Positions 10,649-20,254 of a DNA stretch of 64,000 nucleotides are shown piece by piece. The translations under genes and the position numbers were made by a program. The DNA lies in the NCBI GenBank assembly GCA_947649575.1, contig CANSRZ010000006.1, positions 12,957 through 76,956 on the forward strand, written 5' to 3'. Origin of the DNA: an uncultured Clostridia bacterium (GTDB lineage Bacteria; Bacillota; Clostridia; Christensenellales; UBA1242). A model generated the notes under the pieces. That model had not been told where the DNA came from, did no database searches, and saw only the letters and a list, made by a program, of their open reading frames with translations. How positions within the stretch are numbered: the stretch's first letter is position 1; each line of letters starts with the position of its first letter.

Positions 10649-12235
10649 TTATTTGTTTGCAATTTCATAAAGTTTTTCTGTTTCTGCCTGAATGTCAAGG
10701 CGAGGGAATAAAATCCCGATTGGCTCAATTGCTTTGCTTTCATCAAGAGTGTAGAATTTGTCAAGTTCAGCAAAAGCCTCTTCAATATTTGCTATGTGCA
10801 TTGCGTCAAGCACTTTTTGAGTGCATGTTGGCAAGAATGAGTTTAACAAAAGTGTGCCAATTCTTATGCTTTCAAGCAAGTTTCTCATAACATTTTTAAG
10901 TTCTTGTTCGCGAGCAGCGTCTTTTGCGATTGCCCATGGCTCTGAAAGTTCAATATATTTGTTTGCTGCTGAGAAAATGTTGAAAATTGATATAAGTGAT
11001 TTTGAAACATCAAAATCTTTCATGTATTTAAATACTTTTTCTTTTTCTTCTTCAACGGTTGTGTTCAATTCTTTTGCTTTGTCATTATCTTCGCCGTCAG
11101 CATGAGGAACTTGCGAGCCAAAATATTTCTTTAACATGCTGAAAGTTCTTGAAACAAGATTGCCATAATTGTTGCTAAGGTCGCTGTTAAAGCGGGTGAG
11201 GAACGCCTCAGTTGAATAGTTGCCGTCTGAGCCAAATGGAATTTCTCTTAACAGAATATATCTGATTGCGTCTGCTGAATAAAGGGGGATAAGCACGCGG
11301 GGGTCAAGACATTCTTTTTTGCTAGTTTCTTTGCTTTTTGAAAGTTTGTCTCCGCCAAACAGCATCCAGCCATGAGCAAACAAGCGTTTTGGAAGAGGAA
11401 GTTCAAGAGCCATTAATATAGCTGGCCAAATAATTGCATGAAAGCGTACAATTTCTTTGCCAATCATATGCACGTCAGCTGGCCAAAATTTTTTAAACAA
11501 GCTGTCGTCCTCGCTGTTATAGCCAAGTGCGTTGATATAATTTGTTAAAGCGTCAATCCAAACATAAATTGTGTGCTTTGGGTCAAAGTCAACAGGGATT
11601 CCCCATTTAACAGATGTTCTTGAAACGCAGAGGTCTGCAAGTCCTGGCTTGATAAAGTTGTTTACCATCTCATTTACGCGCGATGTTGGCAATAAAAAGT
11701 CAGGCTGGTCTTTATACAGTTTTAAAAGTTTGTCGCCAAACTCAGAAAGTTTAAAGAAATATGCTTCCTCTTCTTGCATTGTCACGTCGCGTCCGCAGTC
11801 AGGGCATTTGTGATCAACAAGTTGAGATTCAGTCCAAAAGCTTTCGCATGGAGTGCAATACCAGCCCTGATATTTGCTTTTGTAGATATAGCCTTTATCA
11901 TAAAGTGTTTTAAATATCTTTTGAACTGATTTCTCATGATAGTCATCAGTTGTTCTTATAAACTTATCATAAGTAATTCCTAAACTACCCCAAAGTTCTT
12001 TTGCATCTGCAATCATTTCATCAAGATATTCTTTTTCAGTTTTGCCAGCCTTGCTTGCAGATAAGCTTATCTTTTGACCATGTTCGTCAGTGCCTGTCAA
12101 AAACATAACATCTTTGCCTTGATTGCGATTAAATCTTGCAACGGCGTCGCAGATTACTGTTGTGTAGCAATTGCCAAGTGTGAACTTATTGCTTGGATAA
12201 TAAATTGGTGTTGTGATATAAAATTTATCTTTCAT
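10649..12235 (-). CDS. metG: Methionine--tRNA ligase
   Basis: Class I motifs (TDEHGQK, KLSKSK) and a Cys knuckle (CPDCG). GGAGG precedes the ATG that gives MKDKFYITTPIYY. Confidence 0.9.
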   Translation of the reverse strand: MKDKFYITTPIYYPSNKFTLGNCYTTVICDAVARFNRNQGKDVMFLTGTDEHGQKISLSASKAGKTEKEYLDEMIADAKELWGSLGITYDKFIRTTDDYHEKSVQKIFKTLYDKGYIYKSKYQGWYCTPCESFWTESQLVDHKCPDCGRDVTMQEEEAYFFKLSEFGDKLLKLYKDQPDFLLPTSRVNEMVNNFIKPGLADLCVSRTSVKWGIPVDFDPKHTIYVWIDALTNYINALGYNSEDDSLFKKFWPADVHMIGKEIVRFHAIIWPAILMALELPLPKRLFAHGWMLFGGDKLSKSKETSKKECLDPRVLIPLYSADAIRYILLREIPFGSDGNYSTEAFLTRFNSDLSNNYGNLVSRTFSMLKKYFGSQVPHADGEDNDKAKELNTTVEEEKEKVFKYMKDFDVSKSLISIFNIFSAANKYIELSEPWAIAKDAAREQELKNVMRNLLESIRIGTLLLNSFLPTCTQKVLDAMHIANIEEAFAELDKFYTLDESKAIEPIGILFPRLDIQAETEKLYEIANK

Positions 12236-12372
12236 TTGTTGCCTCCAAATATGCAACAATCTTATCACACAAGAAATTTTATGTCAAGCAGTAACACAAA
12301 ATATTATATACTTAGCCCAAAATCGACATAATTTTTGTGAATAAAATAAAAAATAAATGTTAAAATTTATAC

Positions 12373-12471
12373 ATGAAAAAGTTTTTGTTGTGCTTGATTG
12401 GGGTTATGGCAATAACGGCTATATTTTTGTTAGTCACGATTTATGGCGGACATGCCATGAAGATTTTATAA
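12373..12471 (+). CDS. Possible 32-aa hydrophobic peptide (MKKFLLCLIGVMAITAIFLLVTIYGGHAMKIL)
   Basis: Short ORF followed directly by a hairpin terminator (about 12476-12505). There is no clear RBS. Confidence 0.3.
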   Translation: MKKFLLCLIGVMAITAIFLLVTIYGGHAMKIL

Positions 12472-12562
12472 TAAAAAATCTCATAAACTGATTATGAGAT
12501 TTTTTTAACAACAAAAAACTTGGCAACATAAAAGTTGTCTTAATTTATTTTATGTAAAAAGT

Positions 12563-12778
12563 TTAGCAATCTGTGCGACCGATAAGATAATCAACGCTTA
12601 CTTCAAAATAGTCAGCAAGTTTTCTGAGCATGTCAAGATTTGGTTCAATTTGACCGCGTTCCCATTTTGAAACTTGTTTTTGATTTGAATCAATTTTTTC
12701 AGCAAGTGCCACTTGGCTTAACGAACTTTCTTTTCGCAAAGATTTAATTCTTTCTGCAAACATAATATTCTTGTTCAT
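12563..12778 (-). CDS. XRE-family helix-turn-helix transcriptional regulator
   Basis: Typical HTH_3 pattern (LRKESSLSQVALAEKIDSNQKQVSKWERGQ). Confidence 0.75.
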   Translation of the reverse strand: MNKNIMFAERIKSLRKESSLSQVALAEKIDSNQKQVSKWERGQIEPNLDMLRKLADYFEVSVDYLIGRTDC

Positions 12779-12955
12779 GCTTTGATTTTAGTGCAAAATT
12801 ACGCAAAAATATCCTGTTACTCAAAATTTGCGAGATTATTTAAAAATTACCTAAATTTCGACATTATTCTCAAATTTTTATCCTGAAATTGCATTTAAAT
12901 TAGTCTGCAAATATTGTCATAAAAACTTGTCCGCAAGAGTAATTTACACTATGAG

Positions 12956-13717
12956 GTGCTTGTGGACATACTTTTTTTGATAATTTTGGGTGCTGTTCAA
13001 GGACTTACTGAATTTTTGCCAGTTTCATCGAGCGGGCATTTGGTGCTTTTGTCGCGCTGGTTTGGAATAGAAAATTCTTTGTTTGTTTCAATTCTTTTGC
13101 ATATGGCAACTTTGCTTTCGATTTTGGTGGTGTTAAGAAAAGAGGTTTGGCAAGTTGTTAAAAAGCCGTTTGGCAAACAAGGCATGAATATCATTGTGGC
13201 AACAATCCCAACTTGTATTATAGTTTTGATTTTGATGCCTTTGATTAACTCTTCTTTTGAGGGTACGCTTTTGCCTGTTTGTTTTCTGATTAGTGCAATG
13301 CTGCTATTAAAAAGCCAAAGAGTTTCTTTTAAAAAAGTTCAGCATGAGTTAACATTCAAAGACGCAATTTTGATTGGGGTTGCGCAAGGGTTTGCGACAT
13401 TTCCTGGAGTGTCACGCTCAGGCACAACAATAAGTGCGGGATTGTTTGCTGGTGTTAAAAAAGATGAGGTTGCAAAATTTTCATTTTTGATGTCAATTCC
13501 AATCATTATACTTTCCATGATTATGGAGATTTATAAAATTGTTATGCTTGGTGAAACTATAACTGTTAACATTGTTGGCTTGATTTTGGCATTTGTTGTT
13601 GCATTTTTGATTGGTGTTTTTTCTATCAAAGCGATGATAAAATTAACGCAAAAAGCAAATTTTAAGTGGTTTAGCTTGTATCTTTGTTTAATCGCTTTGA
13701 TTTCTGTGTTTATTTGA
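12956..13717 (+). CDS. uppP: Undecaprenyl-diphosphate phosphatase
   Basis: GLTEFLPVSSSGHL signature and PGVSRSG motif in a multi-TM protein. Confidence 0.85.
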   Translation: MLVDILFLIILGAVQGLTEFLPVSSSGHLVLLSRWFGIENSLFVSILLHMATLLSILVVLRKEVWQVVKKPFGKQGMNIIVATIPTCIIVLILMPLINSSFEGTLLPVCFLISAMLLLKSQRVSFKKVQHELTFKDAILIGVAQGFATFPGVSRSGTTISAGLFAGVKKDEVAKFSFLMSIPIIILSMIMEIYKIVMLGETITVNIVGLILAFVVAFLIGVFSIKAMIKLTQKANFKWFSLYLCLIALISVFI

Positions 13718-13741
13718 TTATAATTTGTTAAAAGGATTGCT

Positions 13742-16390
13742 ATGAAAGATTTTCATAATATGACGATAGGGCAAACTTTGAAAGAGGTTGGCTCAAGCGA
13801 AGAGGGTTTGACTGCTTTTGACGTAAGCGCGCGCTCAGCAAACTTAAAAGAGAATGATATTGCTTCTGAAAAGAAGTCATCCTTTTTTGTTAAATTTTTG
13901 GAACAGTTTAAGGATTTGATGATTTTGATTTTGCTTGTGGCTTCTGGCGTTTCAATTGGAATAGGCATTTGGCAAGGTCAAACAAGCGAGATTGTTGACG
14001 GTGGAATAATTTTGTTTATTGTTCTTATGAATGCTATTTTTGGACTTGTTCAGGAAAACAAGGCAGAGAAGTCGCTTGAAGCTTTAAAAAAGATGACTGA
14101 GCCAGAGGCTATTGTAAGACGAGATGGTGAAAATGTTAAAATTAACACAAAGAAACTTGTTGTTGGGGATATCGTTGTTTTGGAGGCTGGCTCGATTGTT
14201 CCAGCCGATGTCAGACTTATTGAAAGCGCGTTGTTGCAGATTGACGAAAGCTCTTTGACAGGTGAGAGCATGGCTGTCAACAAAGAGGCCGACTGCACAG
14301 TTAGAAAAGATTTGCCGTTGGCGGACAGAAAAAACATGGCGTATAAAGGAACTCTTGTAAGTTCTGGTCGTGGGCTTGGCGTTGTTGTGGCAATTGGCTC
14401 TGAAACAGAGATTGGCAAGATTGCAGAAAGCATAAAGACGACAGAAAAAGAAATTACGCCTCTTCAAAAAAACATCAAAGATGTTGGCAAACTTTTGACT
14501 TTTCTTGTTTTAGGCATTGCCGTTGTAACTTTTATATTAGAGGTTGTTGCAAGACCTGGCAATATCTTGGAAGCATTTTTAACTGCAGTTGCAATTTCGG
14601 TGGCGGCAATTCCAGAAAGTATGCCAGCAGTTATCACAATCATTATGAGTCTTGGCATTTCAAGACTTGCCAAGCAAAAAGCAGTTGTTAAACATTTGCA
14701 TTCAGTTGAAACTTTGGGTTGTTGTGAAGTTATATGCTCTGATAAAACAGGCACAATAACTCAAAACAAAATGACGGTTGAGTTAACTTATTGTGACGGA
14801 GTTTTGCAAAAAGCAGGACAAAATCAAACGCAAAGCATAGATAAATTGTTTGCATGTATGTTGCTTTGCAATGACAGTTCGCTAAGCAAGGGGAGTTATG
14901 TTGGCGACCCAACAGAAACCGCGCTGTGCGATTTTGGCAAACTTATGAAAATCAAAAAGAAAGAGTTTGAAAAGGCAAATCCACGTGTAAATGAAATCCC
15001 ATTTGACAGCAAACGCAAACTTATGTCAACACAAAACTTGTATCATGGCGAAAACTATGTTTTCACAAAAGGTGCGCTTGACCACTTGCTTAAACGCTGT
15101 ACAAAAATTGTTATTGACGGCAAAGAAGTTCCTTTAACAGAAAAACATATTTGTTCAATAGAAAAGGCAAACTCGGCAATGGCTGACAAAGCTTTGCGCG
15201 TGCTTGGCTTTGCATATAAAAAAGTTAACAAATCAGCAAAAGAGCTAACCGAAGAAAGTTTGGTCTTTATCGGACTTATTGGTATGTATGACCCTCCAAG
15301 AAAAGAAATTGCTGGAGCGGTTGCTAAATGTAAAAAAGCAGGCATGAAAGCGGTTATGATAACTGGCGATCACAAAGATACTGCTTTTGCGGTTGCAAGA
15401 GAGTGCGGAATTGCTGAGGATATTAAACAAGTTATCACAGGTGCTGAGCTTGATAAATTGACTGATGAGCAGCTTGACGAGCGCATTGGCATGCTTCGAG
15501 TTTTTGCAAGGGTTAGTCCAGAAAACAAAGTGCGCATTGTTGAAGCTTTTAAAAAGCAGGGCAAAGTTGTTGCCATGACAGGTGACGGAGTTAATGATGC
15601 GCCAAGTCTTAAAAAAGCCAATATCGGAATTGGCATGGGCATAACTGGCACAGATGTAACAAAAGAAGTTGCCGATATGCTTGTGACTGATGACAATTTT
15701 GCAACTATAGTTATAGCTGTTGAAGAGGGCAGGAAGATATATCAAAACATTGTTAAAGCTGTCAAATTTTTGTTCTCAGCAAACATGGGCGAGCTTATGG
15801 CACTTTTCTGTGCAACAGTTTTCTTCCCTCAATATGTTTTCTTGTTCCCAGTGCAAATCTTGTTTGTAAATCTTATCACTGACAGCTTGCCAGCAATTGC
15901 TCTTGGCGTTGAACCGCCAGAAAAAGATTTAATGTCTGTTCATCCACGAAGCGCAAAGAAAGGCTTGTTCAGCGAGGGCTGTGGCGTTTCTATCGTTGTG
16001 CTTGGTCTGGTGCAAACCTTGCTTACAATTTTGGCTTTCTTTATCGGAATTAAGTTTGGCGGGCAAGAAACAGGTGTGACTATGGCATTCTATACGCTTA
16101 ATATAATTCAGATGTTCTATCTGGCGTCTATGCGTACAAATGGAAGCATGTTTAAATCAAATCCATTCAAGAATAAAATGTTTATCATTTCACTTGCATT
16201 CTGCTTTGGCTTGCTTGCACTTATTGCGCTTACGCCATTGAGCGGCGTGCTTGGTCTTTGCGACCTTTCATGGGCAATGTGGGGAGTTATCTTCGGCCTC
16301 AGCTTTGTCATGATGTTTGCAAGTGAACTGTTTAAAGTTTTTTATCATTTATACGAGAAGAACAAAGAGAAAAAAGCAAAAAGTGAATAA
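13742..16390 (+). CDS. P-type Ca2+-transporting ATPase (P2 type)
   Basis: CSDKTGTITQNKM phosphorylation site, MITGDH, TGDGVNDAPSLKKANIG and a PEGL-like region; about 10 TM segments. Confidence 0.9.
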   Translation: MKDFHNMTIGQTLKEVGSSEEGLTAFDVSARSANLKENDIASEKKSSFFVKFLEQFKDLMILILLVASGVSIGIGIWQGQTSEIVDGGIILFIVLMNAIFGLVQENKAEKSLEALKKMTEPEAIVRRDGENVKINTKKLVVGDIVVLEAGSIVPADVRLIESALLQIDESSLTGESMAVNKEADCTVRKDLPLADRKNMAYKGTLVSSGRGLGVVVAIGSETEIGKIAESIKTTEKEITPLQKNIKDVGKLLTFLVLGIAVVTFILEVVARPGNILEAFLTAVAISVAAIPESMPAVITIIMSLGISRLAKQKAVVKHLHSVETLGCCEVICSDKTGTITQNKMTVELTYCDGVLQKAGQNQTQSIDKLFACMLLCNDSSLSKGSYVGDPTETALCDFGKLMKIKKKEFEKANPRVNEIPFDSKRKLMSTQNLYHGENYVFTKGALDHLLKRCTKIVIDGKEVPLTEKHICSIEKANSAMADKALRVLGFAYKKVNKSAKELTEESLVFIGLIGMYDPPRKEIAGAVAKCKKAGMKAVMITGDHKDTAFAVARECGIAEDIKQVITGAELDKLTDEQLDERIGMLRVFARVSPENKVRIVEAFKKQGKVVAMTGDGVNDAPSLKKANIGIGMGITGTDVTKEVADMLVTDDNFATIVIAVEEGRKIYQNIVKAVKFLFSANMGELMALFCATVFFPQYVFLFPVQILFVNLITDSLPAIALGVEPPEKDLMSVHPRSAKKGLFSEGCGVSIVVLGLVQTLLTILAFFIGIKFGGQETGVTMAFYTLNIIQMFYLASMRTNGSMFKSNPFKNKMFIISLAFCFGLLALIALTPLSGVLGLCDLSWAMWGVIFGLSFVMMFASELFKVFYHLYEKNKEKKAKSE

Positions 16391-16507
16391 GTTAAAAAAA
16401 GTTAAAGTCAATTAGTTTATTAAAATTAATCAAAGATAAAGTCAAAATAAAATGCATAACAAAATCGCATGATTGTGTTATGCATTTTTGGTTTCAGTAT
16501 TCTTTTG

Positions 16508-16534
16508 CCTACTTTTCTTTTAAAGAAAAGTAGG
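16508..16534. repeat. 27-bp palindrome, copy 1 (CCTACTTTTCTTT-T-AAAGAAAAGTAGG)
   Basis: Perfect 13-bp arms. Near-identical copies occur at 18380 and 30948. Confidence 0.8.
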
Positions 16535-16590
16535 ACGTAAAATAAAAGAGAAAAATAAAATAAAAAAAACTTTCTTTTTTACAAGTTTTA

Positions 16591-16599
16591 TGCTAAAAT
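16591..16599 (+). promoter_or_regulatory. Extended -10 promoter (TGCTAAAAT) 6 nt before the holB ATG; candidate leaderless transcript
   Basis: Same geometry as at 7112: TGCTAAAAT-N6-ATG (ATG at 16606) with no SD. Confidence 0.5.
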
Positions 16600-16605
16600 G
16601 ATGTT

Positions 16606-17562
16606 ATGTTAATAAATGCTATCAAAAAATCGCAGGATTTTGTTTCGTTAAAGGAAGAGGTCGAGAAAGGCAAGCTTGGCAAAACTTTGTTATTTATCAG
16701 CAAGGACAGTTTGTATGCCGAGGAATTTTGCAAGCAAGTGGCTTCTCTCATTTTTGACGGGCAGGATTTGGAGGCTAGCGAAAACTCGATGAAAGTTAAT
16801 GCAAATGCTCATCCTGATTTGAAAATCTTTCCGACCAAAGAGCGTTTGCTTGTTCCTGACAGTGAAGAGATTGTGTCGGAGTGCTTTGTTAAGCCTATAT
16901 TTGCAAACAAAAAAGTGTTTATCATCAGAAACATTGATGAGGCAATGGAAGTTGCTCAAAACAAACTTTTAAAGGTCTTGGAAGAGCCTCCTGCAAATGT
17001 GTATTTTCTTTTAACATGTTCCAGCGTGGACAAGGTTTTGCCAACAATTCGCTCACGTTGTGTTAAGACAAGTTTAAAGAAACTTGACGACAATGTAATT
17101 TTGAAACTTATTGAAAGCAAGACTGAAAACAGCGAACTTGTGCTTGCTGTTTGCGAGGGGCAGATTGGCAAAGCAAATAAACTTTCTTCAAAAAAGGATT
17201 TTGCAGAGATTTGCAAAGCTAGTGTTGAAATTTTGACTAAGCTTTCTTCAAGCAAAGAGGTTTTGGCGTTCTCAAAGAAACTGCAAGAGTTTAAAGATGA
17301 TTTTATCTTAATATTTGATATAATTTCGGTTGCACTCGGTGACTTATTAAAAATCAAAGCAGGGCGAGGGAATTTGATTAAACTTAAGCCTTATGAAGAT
17401 GACTTAAACAAGGCTAGTTCAGGCTATACAATTAGAGCAATATGCGAAATCTCACAGCTTATTGACCAAGTTGTTAAAGAGAAGTTTTATAATGTAAACA
17501 CACAACTGGCAATCGAAAATTTTTTACTTAATGTTTTGGAGGTTAAATATTTATGCAAGTAG
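16606..17562 (+). CDS. holB: DNA polymerase III delta' subunit
   Basis: LLKVLEEPP and SRC (TIRSRC) motifs typical of clamp-loader delta'. Confidence 0.8.
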   Translation: MLINAIKKSQDFVSLKEEVEKGKLGKTLLFISKDSLYAEEFCKQVASLIFDGQDLEASENSMKVNANAHPDLKIFPTKERLLVPDSEEIVSECFVKPIFANKKVFIIRNIDEAMEVAQNKLLKVLEEPPANVYFLLTCSSVDKVLPTIRSRCVKTSLKKLDDNVILKLIESKTENSELVLAVCEGQIGKANKLSSKKDFAEICKASVEILTKLSSSKEVLAFSKKLQEFKDDFILIFDIISVALGDLLKIKAGRGNLIKLKPYEDDLNKASSGYTIRAICEISQLIDQVVKEKFYNVNTQLAIENFLLNVLEVKYLCK

Positions 17563-18368
17563 AAGTTGTTAGTGTAAAATTTAGAGGCGGTTACAACTCT
17601 TATTATTTCAGCCCAAATGGGCTTGAACTTAAAAAAGGTGACAAAGTTATTGTAGACACTGAAAAAGGGAATGATCTTGTAACAATTGTTAAAGACATGC
17701 AAACCATTGACGCGTCAGAACTTACTGAGCCACTTAAAAATGTTATCCGAAAGGCTGACGAAAGTGACGAAAAAAAGGCAATTGAGAGCGAGCAAAAAGC
17801 GAGAAGTTATTTTGATGACATAAAAAAGCTTGTGCGCGACTGCAAGTTGGATATGAAAGTTGTTTCTGTTGAGGGGAACTACAATCTTTCAAGGCTGACT
17901 GTTAATTTTACGTCAGAGAACCGTGTTGATTTTCGTGAACTCGTAAAAAAACTGGCTGAAAAATACAAGACAAAGATTGAACTTCGCCAGATTGGGCCAC
18001 GCGATGCGTCGCGAATTTTAGGCGGAATTGGGCCATGCGGAAAGGAGTGTTGTTGCAAGCAAGGAATTGGCGTTTGCGACCATGTTTCAATCAAGATGGC
18101 AAAAAATCAAGGGTTGGCATTAAATCCAAACAGCATTAGTGGGCTTTGTGGCAAACTTTTATGTTGTCTTTCTTATGAGAATGCCAATTATGTTGAGCTT
18201 TTAAAGATAATGCCAAAAGTTAACTCTTTTGTCAAGACGCCAGAGGGCGAGGGTAAGGTTGTATTCTGCGACCTTTTACAGAAGAAAGTTGATGTGCGTT
18301 TTGCGGACGATAATTCGTCTGAAATTAAAACATTTGATTTGAACGATTTGAAATTCAAAAAAGATTAA
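17553..18368 (+). CDS. yaaT: PSP1-domain protein (YaaT/RicT-like)
   Basis: Conserved PSP1 C-terminal region with a Cys cluster (GPCGKECCC...GLCGKLLCCL), in the usual position after holB. Confidence 0.8.
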   Translation: MQVEVVSVKFRGGYNSYYFSPNGLELKKGDKVIVDTEKGNDLVTIVKDMQTIDASELTEPLKNVIRKADESDEKKAIESEQKARSYFDDIKKLVRDCKLDMKVVSVEGNYNLSRLTVNFTSENRVDFRELVKKLAEKYKTKIELRQIGPRDASRILGGIGPCGKECCCKQGIGVCDHVSIKMAKNQGLALNPNSISGLCGKLLCCLSYENANYVELLKIMPKVNSFVKTPEGEGKVVFCDLLQKKVDVRFADDNSSEIKTFDLNDLKFKKD

Positions 18369-18379
18369 GGTTTTATATT

Positions 18380-18406
18380 GTTACTTTGCTTTTAAAGAAA
18401 AGTAAC
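18380..18406. repeat. 27-bp palindrome, copy 2 (one arm mismatch)
   Basis: GTTACTTTGCTTT-T-AAAGAAAAGTAAC. Confidence 0.75.
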
Positions 18407-18458
18407 CAAAAGAAATCTAATTTACGATACTCAATAAAGATTTGTTTTCGTGTCGTAA

Positions 18459-19238
18459 ATGAATTATCATTTGGCTGCTTTTTCAAAAAAAATAGAAAAA
18501 ATGAAATTAGATAAAGAAGAAAGAATTGAAGATTTGGGATGTAAGGGTTTAAAGATTGTGCAAGATAAGAGCCTTTATTGTTTTACGTCGGATAGCGTTA
18601 TTTTGGCGAACTTTTTGAAACTGAAAAAAGATGATGTCGCTGTGGAGATTGGTACAGGCTGTGGCGTGGTTTCAGTTCTGGCGACGGCAAAAAACAACTG
18701 CGCAAAAATCTATGCTTTTGAGCAGGACGAGGCTATGGCAAAACTTGCAGAGAAAAATATAAAACTTAATAATTTGACAGAAAAGATTGAAATTTTGCAT
18801 GAAAAAGTGCAAAATTATAGCAAATTTATCAAAAAAGAGAGCCTAGACGTTGTTTTTTCTAACCCACCATACATGAAAAAGTTTACAAAAAATGATAGCA
18901 GTACTTTAAATTTTGTGCGAGAATATGCAAGACATGACAATCTTTTGCCAATACAAGACTTATGCAAATGCACAAGCGAAATGCTCAAATTTGGTGGAAG
19001 ATTTTATGTGGTCTATTCAGCAGAGCGTTCGGCTGAACTTTTAAGCGAACTGATTAAAAATAACCTGCAACCTAAAACAATGTTCTTTACAGAAAATGGC
19101 AAAGGAAGAGTTGTACTTATTATTGTTGAGGCGGTTAAAGGTGGCAAAAGTGGAGTAAAAGTTTTGCCTAATCTTGTGACAAATGAGCAGGACGGCAAAT
19201 TCCTCGAAAAACTTCAAACACGAAATTTTCAAACCTAA
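18459..19238 (+). CDS. SAM-dependent methyltransferase, TrmN6/YabB-like (NPPY type)
   Basis: EIGTGCG SAM-binding motif and SNPPYM catalytic motif. The start is uncertain (alternative ATG at 18501). Confidence 0.7.
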   Translation: MNYHLAAFSKKIEKMKLDKEERIEDLGCKGLKIVQDKSLYCFTSDSVILANFLKLKKDDVAVEIGTGCGVVSVLATAKNNCAKIYAFEQDEAMAKLAEKNIKLNNLTEKIEILHEKVQNYSKFIKKESLDVVFSNPPYMKKFTKNDSSTLNFVREYARHDNLLPIQDLCKCTSEMLKFGGRFYVVYSAERSAELLSELIKNNLQPKTMFFTENGKGRVVLIIVEAVKGGKSGVKVLPNLVTNEQDGKFLEKLQTRNFQT

Positions 19239-19310
19239 CGCTTGGCGAGCGTCTTAAAATTGATTGAAGATTTATGTTGTATCCGTTCATAACAAGCCTA
19301 ACGCTTGGAG
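19234..19310. repeat. About 1.2 units of the 63-64-bp intergenic repeat family (see 25832-26150)
   Basis: CCTAACGCTTGG recurs 63 bp apart, and the unit contains TATCCGTTCATAACAAG. Confidence 0.75.
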
Positions 19311-19328
19311 AATATAAAAAAGACGAAG

Positions 19329-20180
19329 TTATTCGTCTTTTTGTGTTTCTTTTAAGGTTTCATATTCTATAGGCTGTAATTTATCAACAATTTTCATAAA
19401 TCCTTGGCTATCTATCAATCCTTTTTTGTATAAAGAGAAAGCATTTTTTAAATCTGTTAGCGCTGTATTTGTTAAATGTTTTTCTTGTTCCAAAATCGGC
19501 GTAGCTTTATCATAGCCATCTTCGCTGGACATTTCAACTGGAACAAGCATTGCCTTTTCTTCGTCACTAAGGTTGTTTTCAACCCATCTTTCACATTGAT
19601 TATGTAGTTTCTCTGCCTTTGCCCAGTCGTTATGATCGCCGTTTTCAGCAAATGGCTCTGCTTTTTCTACAAGATCGAGTGTCCAAAGTTGTATTGTTTT
19701 ATCTTCGCCTTTCTCACACTCGTCTTTGTTAAGCCAAATACATTTTGTTCCGTTTTCTAATGTGATTATTGGTGCAGTGCTTGTTACTTTTTGTGAGTCT
19801 CCATTTTTATCATATACAGGGCTATGGTCACCATTCTCATATACTAATTGTGTACGTTTCTGCATTTCGCACCCTTTAACAAGGGTGCATTTCCGATTAT
19901 AGATTAGGTTGAAAGCGACACGCAGGCCGGCGTAAGAAATGATACTACCACCCCAACCGCGAGTCCCGCTAACGTTACCACAAAAAACTCGACAAGACGA
20001 ACCCGCACAAGCACTTCTTGTAAAGAAATATCCCGCTTTATATGTATCTCCTTCATGTGCACCATTTTCTTTTGCTTTTTGTGAAAGCTTAGCTGACATA
20101 AACGCTCTATACTTTCCCCAAGCTTTATCATATTCACTTGCACTTGGAATATAGGCTGTTTGCTTTAATATTGTTGCCAT
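19329..20180 (-). CDS. Hypothetical protein
   Basis: AAGGAG RBS and a long ORF. No motif was confidently recognised. Confidence 0.55.
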   Translation of the reverse strand: MATILKQTAYIPSASEYDKAWGKYRAFMSAKLSQKAKENGAHEGDTYKAGYFFTRSACAGSSCRVFCGNVSGTRGWGGSIISYAGLRVAFNLIYNRKCTLVKGCEMQKRTQLVYENGDHSPVYDKNGDSQKVTSTAPIITLENGTKCIWLNKDECEKGEDKTIQLWTLDLVEKAEPFAENGDHNDWAKAEKLHNQCERWVENNLSDEEKAMLVPVEMSSEDGYDKATPILEQEKHLTNTALTDLKNAFSLYKKGLIDSQGFMKIVDKLQPIEYETLKETQKDE

Positions 20181-20254
20181 AAAGTATCTCCTTTGTTTTT
20201 CAATTTAATTATATCACAACAAAAAGCAGATTTCAAGAGGGTAATTTTAATTTT

